From IMG/VR virus record IMGVR_UViG_3300020413_000040, positions 1 through 32,542 of that record: 32,542 nt of DNA, one strand, 5' to 3'. Source of the stretch: a virus (taxonomy: Duplodnaviria; Caudoviricetes). The translations under genes were made by a program, and so were the position numbers. Positions 9,247 to 17,901 of the stretch are shown in pieces. A model generated the notes under the pieces. That model did not search any database, was not told the DNA's origin, and saw only the letters and a program-made list of their open reading frames with translations. How positions within the stretch are numbered: the stretch's first letter is position 1; the number at the start of each line of letters is the position of its first letter.

Positions 9247-10243
9247 TTTTGATGACGTGTTGTTGGTTCCTAAATTTAGCAATATATCCAGCAGATCAGA
9301 AGTAAGCATATCTTCTGACTTGTCAGATAAACAATTTAAATTACCGATTATTTCATCACCCATGGACACAGTTACCTCTTCCGCCATGCTCGTCGCTATG
9401 CACGAAGCCGGCGGATTTGGTATCGTCCATCGATACAACTCGATAAAAGAGCAGTCACTCTTGGTAGACGAGGCCAGAAGCCATGGCGCTTCTATGGTAT
9501 CTGCAGCCGTCGGTGTCGGTGAAGATTTAAAAGAAAGAACAAAGAGTTTGGTCTCAGCGGGTGTCTTTAGTTTGTGCGTCGATGTCGCACATGGTCACCA
9601 TAGCAACGTTGAAGCCGCGTTAAAAAAAATAAAAGATAGTTTCGGAGAATCAGTTGTTGTTATTGCTGGCAACGTTGCAACTGCCGAGGCTGCTTTAGAC
9701 TTAGAAGATTGGGGGGCAGATGCGATTCGGATTGGCGTCGGCGGTGGCTCTATTTGCAGCACTCGTATTCAAACCGGTCATGGTATTCCTACTTTTCATT
9801 CTGTACGTGTATGTGCAGACAGATTGAAAAAAGCAACAATCATAGCAGACGGCGGGATTAGAAACGCCGGCGATATTGTAAAGTCATTGGCAGCTGGAGC
9901 AGACTTTGTCATGCTCGGTAGCTTGCTGGCAGGAACAACAGAGACCCCGGGGGATACGTTTGTGAACTCAGAAGGTGAGAGGTATAAGGTCTACAGAGGC
10001 ATGGCATCAAGAGAGGCCCAGATCGCTTGGCGCGGACACGCGTCCTCCTTGGAGGGTGTGTCAACAACCGTCCCATACAAGGGGTCCACAAGTGATGTAT
10101 TAGCTGATCTTGCTCAAAATGTAAAATCAGGCCTTTCTTATAGTGGTGCACAAACCATAAAACAACTTAGATCAGTATCTACTTTCGTCAGGCAAACGCA
10201 ATCCGGACAGAAAGAGAGCTTTACACATATTTTAACCAAATGA
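9218..10243 (+). CDS. IMP dehydrogenase / GMP reductase family enzyme, no CBS domain
   Basis: [35 protein letters not shown] (catalytic Cys), IADGGI, YRGMAS, EG. Confidence 0.93.
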   Translation: MIQTYPTTLSFDDVLLVPKFSNISSRSEVSISSDLSDKQFKLPIISSPMDTVTSSAMLVAMHEAGGFGIVHRYNSIKEQSLLVDEARSHGASMVSAAVGVGEDLKERTKSLVSAGVFSLCVDVAHGHHSNVEAALKKIKDSFGESVVVIAGNVATAEAALDLEDWGADAIRIGVGGGSICSTRIQTGHGIPTFHSVRVCADRLKKATIIADGGIRNAGDIVKSLAAGADFVMLGSLLAGTTETPGDTFVNSEGERYKVYRGMASREAQIAWRGHASSLEGVSTTVPYKGSTSDVLADLAQNVKSGLSYSGAQTIKQLRSVSTFVRQTQSGQKESFTHILTK

Positions 10244-10569
10244 AAGACCCTCAGAAAATCGTAAAGTTCATCTTCTCGGTATACGAAAAGACGTCAGCAG
10301 ACCTAAAAATCAGATTAAGATATGATAATCTGAGTCAAACTAGGTTTTTTGCCGGCATTGTTGGTCTTTATCTCGATAACGACCCTGACATGATGGCTGT
10401 TATGGAAAAAGTTAAAATAAATAAAAAATCTATGGGAAAGCAAAAGTTGAAAAGAACAAAAAAAGATTTAGAATCAGGAAAGCAGTTGCTAGGGCAACTA
10501 GGAATTTCAGACACTGAAAGGGAAGACATATTTGATATGATTGAGATGGATAAAAAAGAATATGAATGA
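10240..10569 (+). CDS. Hypothetical protein, possible ribbon-helix-helix-like regulator
   Basis: ATGA overlap; N-terminal strand (VKFIFSV) followed by two predicted helices; weak. Confidence 0.55.
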   Translation: MKDPQKIVKFIFSVYEKTSADLKIRLRYDNLSQTRFFAGIVGLYLDNDPDMMAVMEKVKINKKSMGKQKLKRTKKDLESGKQLLGQLGISDTEREDIFDMIEMDKKEYE

Positions 10570-10777
10570 TAAAAAATGTCAATTTTGTGATTGTGAGAAC
10601 AAGGAAAGATGCTGGATAGATTATCCGGAAGATAACAATTGCATACACTACGCTATTCGCAAACATGGGTCTATGACGCTTGAGCAAATAGCGAAAAGAT
10701 TAGGGATATCTCTAGTTAGAGTGTCCCAGATAGAAAAATCAGCTTTGAAGAAACTTTCAAAGAGAATAAAATTATGA
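10562..10777 (+). CDS. Stand-alone sigma70 region 4 HTH protein with Cys-rich N-terminus
   Basis: MTLEQIAKRLGISLVRVSQIEKSALKKL matches sigma70 region 4.2 (TLEEVG..F.VTRERIRQIEAKALRKL); CxxCxC...C...C at the N-terminus; start moved to ATG 10562. Confidence 0.82.
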   Translation: MNDKKCQFCDCENKERCWIDYPEDNNCIHYAIRKHGSMTLEQIAKRLGISLVRVSQIEKSALKKLSKRIKL

Positions 10778-10795
10778 CTTTTCTATCTAAAACTT

Positions 10796-10805
10796 ACTAT
10801 TTATA
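10796..10805 (+). promoter_or_regulatory. Putative late-promoter motif ACTATTTATA
   Basis: Recurrent (A/T)CTANTTA motif upstream of leader-bearing genes. Confidence 0.6.
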
Positions 10806-10856
10806 GTTGTATTATTACATTAATCACTACTTTCAAAAAAACAAGGAGATAATAAA

Positions 10857-11459
10857 ATGAGTGGTAACAAACTGTTAACAGAGAACACAATCAGACGCTT
10901 TATGAAGCTGGCAAATGTTGATTCCCTTACGGAAACCTTTCTAGACGAGGGTGGCATGGGCTATGCTCCAGCAAAGAGAGGTAAAAAGCCTCACGACGAT
11001 GACGCTATGGAAGAGACCGTAGAGGGTGAAGAGACAATCGAAGAGGAAGAGGAACTCGACGAAGAGGTTGATGCACTCTACGAACAAGACGAAGACGAAG
11101 ACATGGAAATGGACATGGAAATGGGCGACGAAGAAGACGACGAAGACATGGAAATGGACATGGAAATGGGCGATGACCTTGAAGCCGGCGACGAAATCGG
11201 CGCAGCAGACATGAGCCTTACAGAAGAGGAAGCACAGCTTTTAATCGATCTAGGCGAGAGACTCAAGGAAGCCATGGCCGGCGAAGAGGGCGAGGATGAC
11301 ATGGGAGACATGGAAGACATGGAAGACATGGAAGACATGGGCGACGAAGAAGAGCCTGCCCCTGAAGAAGAAGAGGTCGACCAAGAGGACTTGGTTAACG
11401 AAGTCTTGAAAAGGGTTACGAAGAGACTAGTCGCTGCAAAACTTAGCAACAGAAAGTAA
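10857..11459 (+). CDS. Highly acidic low-complexity protein, putative internal head / scaffold-like protein
   Basis: D/E/M-rich core; ends LLTENTIRRFMKLA and LVNEVLKRV; AAGGAG RBS; late motif upstream and terminator downstream. Confidence 0.7.
   Translation: MSGNKLLTENTIRRFMKLANVDSLTETFLDEGGMGYAPAKRGKKPHDDDAMEETVEGEETIEEEEELDEEVDALYEQDEDEDMEMDMEMGDEEDDEDMEMDMEMGDDLEAGDEIGAADMSLTEEEAQLLIDLGERLKEAMAGEEGEDDMGDMEDMEDMEDMGDEEEPAPEEEEVDQEDLVNEVLKRVTKRLVAAKLSNRK
11094..11342 (+). repeat. In-frame coding repeats: 35-bp direct repeat (11094-11128 and 11139-11173) and five 9-bp GACATGG(AA/GA/GC) units (11298-11342)
   Basis: Encode DEDMEMDMEMG twice and DM(G/E) five times. Confidence 0.9.
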
Positions 11460-11489
11460 AACAAAATAATACATATCACTTGTTTTTAT

Positions 11490-11525
11490 GGCTCCATACC
11501 TATACAGGTCACTGGAGCCTTTTTC
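11490..11525 (+). terminator. Rho-independent terminator
   Basis: GGCTCCA/TGGAGCC stem with inner ACCT/AGGT, followed by TTTTT. Confidence 0.8.
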
Positions 11526-11554
11526 TTGACTTCTGTAAAGAAAGCTGATATTAT
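11526..11554 (+). promoter_or_regulatory. Sigma70-type promoter (extended -10), probably giving a leaderless mRNA
   Basis: TTGACT-N17-TATTAT with TG before the -10; ATG at 11561 lies at the expected +1; no SD. Confidence 0.7.
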
Positions 11555-11560
11555 TACACT

Positions 11561-11968
11561 ATGAACGAAATACAGATATATTCTCTCATGATGTTTTTCG
11601 CAGGAGTCGTACTGACGAAAGCGGTATTCTTTTTCGACGAACAAAGGAAGAAGAGAAGGTTCTACCTAACAATGTCCGCCGCGGTGTTGCAAGTTCTGGA
11701 TTCTGTGTATACAGTACATGCCGCCGCTGCAGAATATTCAGCAAATGAAAAATTTAAAATAAAAATTGATGAAGAAAGCACGCATCAAGAGTATTTAGAG
11801 AAGGAGATGCAAAAGGTCAATATCCTTATGGAGGTTTACACGCTGCTCTTTTTAAAAGCCATCCCGGCTTACGGCAGACAGTACGTAAACTACAGATCTT
11901 GGCCTGAAGCGCAGTCTCTAATACAAAAGATACGGAGGCTTTCAGAAGATGAAAAAGGCGAAAGGTGA
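11561..11968 (+). CDS. Hypothetical protein with N-terminal TM helix
   Basis: IYSLMMFFAGVVLTKAVFFF followed by a basic patch. Confidence 0.75.
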   Translation: MNEIQIYSLMMFFAGVVLTKAVFFFDEQRKKRRFYLTMSAAVLQVLDSVYTVHAAAAEYSANEKFKIKIDEESTHQEYLEKEMQKVNILMEVYTLLFLKAIPAYGRQYVNYRSWPEAQSLIQKIRRLSEDEKGER

Positions 11969-12206
11969 CTACTGGAAAGTGGATCAAGAAACTGTGAAAT
12001 TACAAGTAAGAACAACGGAAGAGCAGAGAGATATAGAAGAGGCGCTGCCCGGTTGGATGTGTGTTTCCTACGGCTATGTGCCAAACACCAGTGAAGATAT
12101 ATATGTTTACGAGAAAACGTTCGAGTCAGAAATTGATTGGACTAGTTTTTTAAATTCTGACAAGGTAAATAAAATTTTTGAAATGAAAGAGGTGCTAAAT
12201 GACTAA
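11949..12206 (+). CDS. Hypothetical protein
   Basis: 85 aa; GGAGG upstream; overlaps both neighbours. Confidence 0.7.
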   Translation: MKKAKGDYWKVDQETVKLQVRTTEEQRDIEEALPGWMCVSYGYVPNTSEDIYVYEKTFESEIDWTSFLNSDKVNKIFEMKEVLND

Positions 12207-12888
12207 AAGAGTATCAGGGGTTCCGAAAAAGAAAGATAAAAAGAAAAAAATCTCACCACCCAAAGAAGAAGAGAAGCAAATAGTCATAGTCAACAATATC
12301 CAGTCTCCTGTTAATCAGGAATCTGAACTTAGGGCTATCAATCTTTACGGAGACATCACGGAGCAAAAGGGTGCTGATGTTGTAGCTGCCCTGTTGTATC
12401 TTGAAAACACATCACACTCTCCAATGATTGAAGATCCAACAGACCCGGAGTCTACTCCTATTATTGTTGCTAGATCAATTGCAATGATGGTCTCTACTCA
12501 TGGAGGTACAGCTTCTGATATGTTTTCTATATTAGACATAATGGACATGGTTAAGAAAAGGACATGTGATATCGAGACCTACGGAGTGGGAAAGGTTATG
12601 TCAGCAGGTGTGCCCATATTAGCTGCCGGCACAAAAGGTAAGCGTAAAGTCGGTCGAAATTGCCGTATCATGCTTCACAACGTAATGGCAGGCACCGGCG
12701 GAACTATCTTTTCTATGGAGAATGAGCTAGAGGAGATAAAGTGGATCCAAGAAAGATACATTGAAACGTTAGCTAATTATACAAAGCTTACCCCAACAAA
12801 GATAAAGAAGCTTTTAAAGACCCAGAAGGATGTTTACATCTCCGCAGAGGAAGCAATTAAAATGGGTATTGCAGACGAAATTATCTAA
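12199..12888 (+). CDS. clpP: ClpP-family serine protease
   Basis: INLYGDI, STHGG, GKVMSAG (Ser), RIMLH (His), KDVYISAEEAIKMGIADEII (Asp). Confidence 0.92.
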   Translation: MTKRVSGVPKKKDKKKKISPPKEEEKQIVIVNNIQSPVNQESELRAINLYGDITEQKGADVVAALLYLENTSHSPMIEDPTDPESTPIIVARSIAMMVSTHGGTASDMFSILDIMDMVKKRTCDIETYGVGKVMSAGVPILAAGTKGKRKVGRNCRIMLHNVMAGTGGTIFSMENELEEIKWIQERYIETLANYTKLTPTKIKKLLKTQKDVYISAEEAIKMGIADEII

Positions 12889-12893
12889 TTATA
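12884..12893 (+). promoter_or_regulatory. Putative late-promoter motif TCTAATTATA
   Basis: Motif variant just before the GAGGAG RBS of 12909. Confidence 0.55.
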
Positions 12894-12908
12894 CAGAGGA
12901 GTTTTAAT

Positions 12909-14777
12909 ATGTCGTGGCACGAAGAGTTTTTATCAGAGAACAACAAGAAACCTACCATATCAACAATGGGTGACCTTTTTAATCTTATTGAAGAGGTTTA
13001 CGAGGTTGAAAAGGGTACTCTTTTCAAGGAAGCTAAGAGTGAGTTGCAGGTTCTAAAAGAGCAGTTTCTTAATGAGAGAAAGTCTATGACTCTGACCTTG
13101 GATGCAATCCCTGAGATAGCAGTCACGGAGCTAGGTTGGACCGATGTCACAGGTGCTGGAGGTGACAATCCAGTGAACGGCCCTGAGAGACAAAAGCTGT
13201 TGCAGTTCTTGGAAAACATCGAAGGTGGGGACTTTGTAGAAAAGATCAGGGCAATTTCTAATTTTTATGACAACCCTGATGCTGCCATGCAATCGATGTT
13301 TGGCGAAGGTGGATCCACCTCGACAGCTAAGCAAATAGCAACAGCTTTATCTTACTTGGTCTTCTACAAAACTTTAACGAAGGTCATAGCGAACTTTAAC
13401 GCTGCCTCTGCGGGTTTTAGTTTCGAAGCGTTCCTAGCTGTCTTAATGGAGGGAGAGCAAATACCAGCCAATACCGGTACTATTGCAGACTTTCTTTCTA
13501 GAAGTGACGGCACCGCCATGCCTGTAAGTTTGAAATTGTATCAAGACGGAAACCTACACGTTGGAGGCTCTTTTAGAGATCTCGTTGGCGACATAACAAA
13601 CCCTAAGTTTGATAACGATCTTATGCGTTATGTTGCTGTGACGAAACGCTTTGAAGGTGGCCAAAAAGAAGGACAGGATGTCAATGGTTTCTTGAAGTGG
13701 TATAGATTTGATTTTACTCTAGATAACATTTTCGACATACTTTCTAAATCCTCAAAACACTCCAGGCTGTGTATTCAGCTTCCGAAAAAAGGACAAGCTT
13801 TCATAGATAATCTTCCTGGCATCGCAGAGCCTTCTGCAGAAGAGATGGAAAACAAATACGCCCTAGCTTTCACGAAGGAGATGGAGGCTATGAACGCGAA
13901 AACTCAAGAAGAACTGCAAGTTGATGATGCATTCGTACAGCAATTTCTTAAAAATCTAAGTTGGGCCACACAATTAAGTGACAAATTTTTCGTACCATTC
14001 GACCCTGATGCTAAATTGTCAGATGAACAAAAAACTTCACCCGATTATGAACCAAGAGCGCCATATGTTAAGAGGGGTACTTCTCCTATGCACGGTTCAG
14101 GCCCGGAGTTCGCAGCGCTAATTCAGGTAGTGCTAGGGACCTTAGCCCAGGTCAATGACACGCTATCTGAACCTAGATACAACCTGGAGGATAGGGCTAT
14201 CACTAACCTACGCAACGGTCTTGCCATCAACATCGCAAGGCGCGCCAAAGCCGCCAACAATGGCGGCGGCGCAGCTGACAAGCTTAGTATACTAAAACAG
14301 TATTCTGCTACGAAAGAGACCATCAAACGTAACAAAAGGCTTAACCTAAAGAGCAATTGGTTCTCGCCAGAGGAGTCGACAAATCGATACAACGCAATGA
14401 GCAGAGAGCAAAAGCTGGAAGCCTTAGTCCAGACCCGCGGCTTTCTTTCAACAGAGCAGTTTGGCTTAACTCAGAACATGGTAGCAGAGATTCACACTTA
14501 TAGTAAAAGCCGAGTTCTTGGACCCAACCAAGACAAAGCTTTCTTTGGTGCCATTAACGTCGGTAGAAAGAATACGCAGATGGTGTTGAATAGAGTTACG
14601 GGTCTCCTTAACGAGTCTTTATTTGATATATTTGTGAACGTAAAAGCAATACAAGATAACACCTATGCCTATATCGCCGGCGGAATGCAAGAAGATACCC
14701 AGGCAGAAGAAGCAATTAAGGCTTCTGGAAACGTCATTTCAAAGACAGAAGAACTTCAATCAGCAAAAGATAAATAA
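12909..14777 (+). CDS. Large hypothetical protein, probably virion-associated, with PD-(D/E)XK-like signature
   Basis: N-terminal W...FLSE leader and several LxE sites; GFSFEAFLA...IADF...VSLKL resembles E...D...SxK. Confidence 0.6.
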   Translation: MSWHEEFLSENNKKPTISTMGDLFNLIEEVYEVEKGTLFKEAKSELQVLKEQFLNERKSMTLTLDAIPEIAVTELGWTDVTGAGGDNPVNGPERQKLLQFLENIEGGDFVEKIRAISNFYDNPDAAMQSMFGEGGSTSTAKQIATALSYLVFYKTLTKVIANFNAASAGFSFEAFLAVLMEGEQIPANTGTIADFLSRSDGTAMPVSLKLYQDGNLHVGGSFRDLVGDITNPKFDNDLMRYVAVTKRFEGGQKEGQDVNGFLKWYRFDFTLDNIFDILSKSSKHSRLCIQLPKKGQAFIDNLPGIAEPSAEEMENKYALAFTKEMEAMNAKTQEELQVDDAFVQQFLKNLSWATQLSDKFFVPFDPDAKLSDEQKTSPDYEPRAPYVKRGTSPMHGSGPEFAALIQVVLGTLAQVNDTLSEPRYNLEDRAITNLRNGLAINIARRAKAANNGGGAADKLSILKQYSATKETIKRNKRLNLKSNWFSPEESTNRYNAMSREQKLEALVQTRGFLSTEQFGLTQNMVAEIHTYSKSRVLGPNQDKAFFGAINVGRKNTQMVLNRVTGLLNESLFDIFVNVKAIQDNTYAYIAGGMQEDTQAEEAIKASGNVISKTEELQSAKDK

Positions 14778-14782
14778 ACCTC

Positions 14783-14811
14783 TTGACATTTCAAACGAAA
14801 TGCATTATAGT
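14783..14811 (+). promoter_or_regulatory. Sigma70-type promoter of groEL
   Basis: TTGACA-N17-TATAGT. Confidence 0.75.
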
Positions 14812-14841
14812 ATATACATACTAACATGAAAGCGAGTCACA

Positions 14842-16410
14842 ATGACAACACAACTCAGCCATGGACCTGAACTCCGCAACAAGGTTCTCGACGGCGTTAA
14901 CACTCTTGCGGATTACGTAGCAACAACACTCGGACCCAAAGGACAAAACGTCCTTATCCATCAAAAGGATAAGCGACCATTCGTCACAAAGGACGGAGTA
15001 ACAGTAGCTCAAAATGTCAATTTCGAAGACCCGCATATGAACGCCGGCGCCGAAGTTGTGAAGCAGGTTTCTGCCATGACAAACGCAGAAGCAGGAGACG
15101 GAACGACCACATCCACTGTCTTAGCGAGAGAGATCTTAAATCAGGCGAATAAATATATTACATCCGGCACATCACCTATTGAAATAAAGAGAGGCTTGGA
15201 GCAGTGTCTGCAAGACTCCTTTGAAGTAATCAGTGAACTTTCCAAGCCAATATCTTCCGCAGAAGATGTTAAACACATAGCTACCATTTCAGCTAACAAC
15301 GATGAAACCATCGGCAACTTGGTCGCTACCGCTGTCGACAAGGTAGGCAAGAATGGATCCATTACCATTGAAGAAGCAAGGTCGCTAGACACCAGCTTAG
15401 ATCTTGTGGAGGGTTTTAGATTTGATAGCGGCTATGCTGCGACTGCTTTCATAACAGACAATCGTCGCGCAACTTGCCGCTATGAAAACCCTATGTTTAT
15501 GATCACAGATACTAAAATAGATCAAGTAAATCAAATACTTCCGGCTCTTGAAATTGCCGCAAGAGAAAACCGGCCGTTCGTTATAGTTGCAGAAGAAGTG
15601 GAAGGTCAGGCATTGGCCGCACTAATTATGAATACTATGCGGGGATCGATGAAGGTTGCTGCCGTGAAAGCTCCTCGCTATGGGGAGGAAAGAAGGGCAA
15701 TAATGAGCGATCTAGCGGTTTCAACAGGTGCAAAATTTTTCCAACAGTCCCTAGGACATCAGGTAACTGATGTGTCTTTGACTGATTTTGGGAAAGCGGC
15801 AAGTGTGGAGATCACCAAAAACACAACTACTGTAGTTGATGGTGAAGGGGACTATGAAAAAGTTGATCAGACTATTGAGAGCATCAAAGCTGAAATACAA
15901 CAAACTGATGATATCCATGAAGCGGGACGACTCCAAGATCGTGTTACTCGTCTCTCTTCTGGCGTTGCTATTATCCGTGTTGGCGCTTCATCTGAAGTAG
16001 AGATGATTGAAAAGAAGCATCGAATTGAGGATGCTCTGGAGGCGGTAAGGTCAGCACAACAAGAAGGAATAGTACCGGGAGGTGGGATGACTCTGTTGCG
16101 CATATCTGAGTCGATTGCTCCCAACTTTCCCACTGAGGAGCAAGCCACCGCGTTTCCAATCTTCAAGAGGGCCCTAGAGTCCCCATTCAGGACCATGGCT
16201 TCAAATGCCGGCTTATCACCGGAAGTGACGATGCTTATGATTGAGGGTTCAACCGGCTTTGAAGGCGTGAATTTTTCAACAGGAAATAGAGAAGACCTTA
16301 AGTCAGCAGGAATATTGGACCCAGCGAAGGTGACTCGCTGTGCCCTTAAGAACGCAGTGTCAGTAGCAGGTACGCTTTTGTTGACTAATCACAGTATTGT
16401 ACATAATTAA
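14842..16410 (+). CDS. groEL: Group I chaperonin GroEL (no GGM tail, no adjacent groES)
   Basis: TTLGPKG, TKDGVTVA, AGDGTTT, EGFRFDSGY, KAPRYGEERR, GIVPGGG, GILDPAKVTR. Confidence 0.97.
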   Translation: MTTQLSHGPELRNKVLDGVNTLADYVATTLGPKGQNVLIHQKDKRPFVTKDGVTVAQNVNFEDPHMNAGAEVVKQVSAMTNAEAGDGTTTSTVLAREILNQANKYITSGTSPIEIKRGLEQCLQDSFEVISELSKPISSAEDVKHIATISANNDETIGNLVATAVDKVGKNGSITIEEARSLDTSLDLVEGFRFDSGYAATAFITDNRRATCRYENPMFMITDTKIDQVNQILPALEIAARENRPFVIVAEEVEGQALAALIMNTMRGSMKVAAVKAPRYGEERRAIMSDLAVSTGAKFFQQSLGHQVTDVSLTDFGKAASVEITKNTTTVVDGEGDYEKVDQTIESIKAEIQQTDDIHEAGRLQDRVTRLSSGVAIIRVGASSEVEMIEKKHRIEDALEAVRSAQQEGIVPGGGMTLLRISESIAPNFPTEEQATAFPIFKRALESPFRTMASNAGLSPEVTMLMIEGSTGFEGVNFSTGNREDLKSAGILDPAKVTRCALKNAVSVAGTLLLTNHSIVHN

Positions 16411-16412
16411 AA

Positions 16413-16422
16413 ACTACTTACA
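16413..16422 (+). promoter_or_regulatory. Putative late-promoter motif ACTACTTACA
   Basis: Motif variant ahead of the GGAG RBS of 16440. Confidence 0.45.
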
Positions 16423-16439
16423 TTGTGGAGGGCCCTACA

Positions 16440-16709
16440 ATGTCAAATCAGCAAGATTATAATTTAGAACTACAATCAAAGTTAGATAAGGTTTGCAATG
16501 GAATCGACATCATGCAAAACAAGCAAGAGTCAATGTCAGAAGATATTGCAAAGATAAAGGAAGCGGTCTATAATCCAGATCAGGGATTATATGCCCGGTT
16601 GAGAGAATTGGAGTCGTGGAAAAAAACGTCTTCAAGAATGATATGGACACTATTCACCACGATGGTTGGTTTAATCGGTGCTTTCATATTAAAAAACATA
16701 GGATCTTAA
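16440..16709 (+). CDS. Small coiled-coil protein with C-terminal TM helix (holin/XhlA-like architecture)
   Basis: Heptad-like N-terminus, GLYARLRELE, then MIWTLFTTMVGLIGAFIL; ATG 16440 follows GGAGGG. Confidence 0.65.
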   Translation: MSNQQDYNLELQSKLDKVCNGIDIMQNKQESMSEDIAKIKEAVYNPDQGLYARLRELESWKKTSSRMIWTLFTTMVGLIGAFILKNIGS

Positions 16710-16710
16710 A

Positions 16711-16998
16711 ATGCTAGTAGAAGTCAGGACACTGAAAGTTGAAAATGAAGGATATAAGAGAGTTATATCGGTGAATAAGATGTATATTAACTCCAATAGT
16801 GTTGTTTCGATAACAGACTATGAAGGAGCTTCTAATTTTCTGTTAAGAGAACAATCAGAATACAGTAATAACAAGTTCTCTTTAATAAAATTAAACGAAG
16901 GAGGCTCTGTTAAAGAGTTGATCGCGTTCGGAACGGCTGCTGAAGTATTCTCCTCTTTTGAAGAGACACACCCCGGTAAAAGGATTTTAAATGGATAG
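16711..16998 (+). CDS. Hypothetical protein
   Basis: 95-aa ORF tightly packed with neighbours. Confidence 0.7.
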   Translation: MLVEVRTLKVENEGYKRVISVNKMYINSNSVVSITDYEGASNFLLREQSEYSNNKFSLIKLNEGGSVKELIAFGTAAEVFSSFEETHPGKRILNG

Positions 16999-17230
16999 GT
17001 TTATTATTATCGGACGATTGAACTGCCCGTTCTGTGTCAAGGCTATAGAGTATTGCAAGCAGAAAGATAAAGAATATATCTTTTTGAATTATACAGAACA
17101 CCCTGATATTTTGGAAGAGTACAAAAAGTTTCACAACCACTCAACGGTGCCAATCATTTTAGCCAATGATATGTTAACAGGGTATACTTCAAAAGTTGGA
17201 GGTTACTCAGAGCTGCTAGGTCGTGCATAA
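16991..17230 (+). CDS. grx: Glutaredoxin
   Basis: CPFC active site, TVP cis-Pro motif, GGYSEL. Confidence 0.92.
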   Translation: MDRFIIIGRLNCPFCVKAIEYCKQKDKEYIFLNYTEHPDILEEYKKFHNHSTVPIILANDMLTGYTSKVGGYSELLGRA

Positions 17231-17565
17231 TGGACGCAGCCACTACTCCTATCAAGGTAAGCGTCTTAAGGGTGCTTTACAAGGGCCTACAGCCCATCAG
17301 AGACAGACTTGATTGCATTCTTGAAGACTACTATAAGAAAATGATAAACTTGTCACAGGCGGAGCTAACGGCAGCCCTAGAGTTTAGATCAGCGGCTTCA
17401 ACCGTAGAGCTTTTGCTGCTAGATTATTTCGAGCAGGTAGACGAGACAAATGTTGATACGCTTTATTTACCTAACAAAGAGTTTCGCTTGGTACTGGATC
17501 TTTCTAAGACCGCGGAATTAGCATACAGAGCACCATTAGCAAACTCAGGATTGTGGACTCACTAA
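17230..17565 (+). CDS. Hypothetical protein
   Basis: 111 aa; TAATG coupling at both ends. Confidence 0.7.
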   Translation: MDAATTPIKVSVLRVLYKGLQPIRDRLDCILEDYYKKMINLSQAELTAALEFRSAASTVELLLLDYFEQVDETNVDTLYLPNKEFRLVLDLSKTAELAYRAPLANSGLWTH

Positions 17566-17900
17566 TGATATATTTAGGTATACTTTTATTTCTGCTAGGG
17601 CAAACTTTAGGTTGGTTTCAGCTAAATGCGCAGTCATTTTCGGAATACTGGAAAGATAAAGCTTTGTTATCGGCTATTGTCATGGGTGTTCCGACGTCTG
17701 TGCTGTTCTGGTATGGTTGGAAGTATGTTGTGGAAGAAACAGGTTCCGTATGGTCAGCTAGGTTCATAGCATCATGCGCCGGGTTAATAATATTTCCTAT
17801 TCTTACTTGGGCGATACTAGGTGAAACCATGTTTACCACAAAGACTATGGTTTGCTTGGGGCTAACTATTATTATAATGTTGATACAGTTGTTTTGGTAA
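17565..17900 (+). CDS. Four-TM membrane protein, SMR/EamA (DMT)-like
   Basis: Four hydrophobic segments and C-terminal WAILGE...K...CLGL typical of DMT halves; start ATG 17565 (GTG 17553 alternative). Confidence 0.65.
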   Translation: MIYLGILLFLLGQTLGWFQLNAQSFSEYWKDKALLSAIVMGVPTSVLFWYGWKYVVEETGSVWSARFIASCAGLIIFPILTWAILGETMFTTKTMVCLGLTIIIMLIQLFW

Positions 17901-17901
17901 T

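Noticed and set aside
11094-11342. Direct repeats as a CRISPR array
   Set aside because: The units are in-frame codon repeats of an acidic protein, with no unique 30-40-nt spacers and no cas genes.
11026-11479. Alternative-frame ORFs (K/T/W-rich + 11026-11214 and Ser-rich - 11078-11479)
   Set aside because: Shadows of the low-complexity repeat; the main frame has the RBS, late motif and terminator.
239-16196. Numerous short antisense ORFs inside the SLT, lipoprotein, dnaE, dut, IMPDH-family and groEL genes
   Set aside because: They are fully nested opposite well-supported genes and lack motifs or translation signals.
16711-16998. FlbD-like flagellar protein call (YINSNSV)
   Set aside because: The resemblance is limited to a few residues, so it is left as hypothetical.
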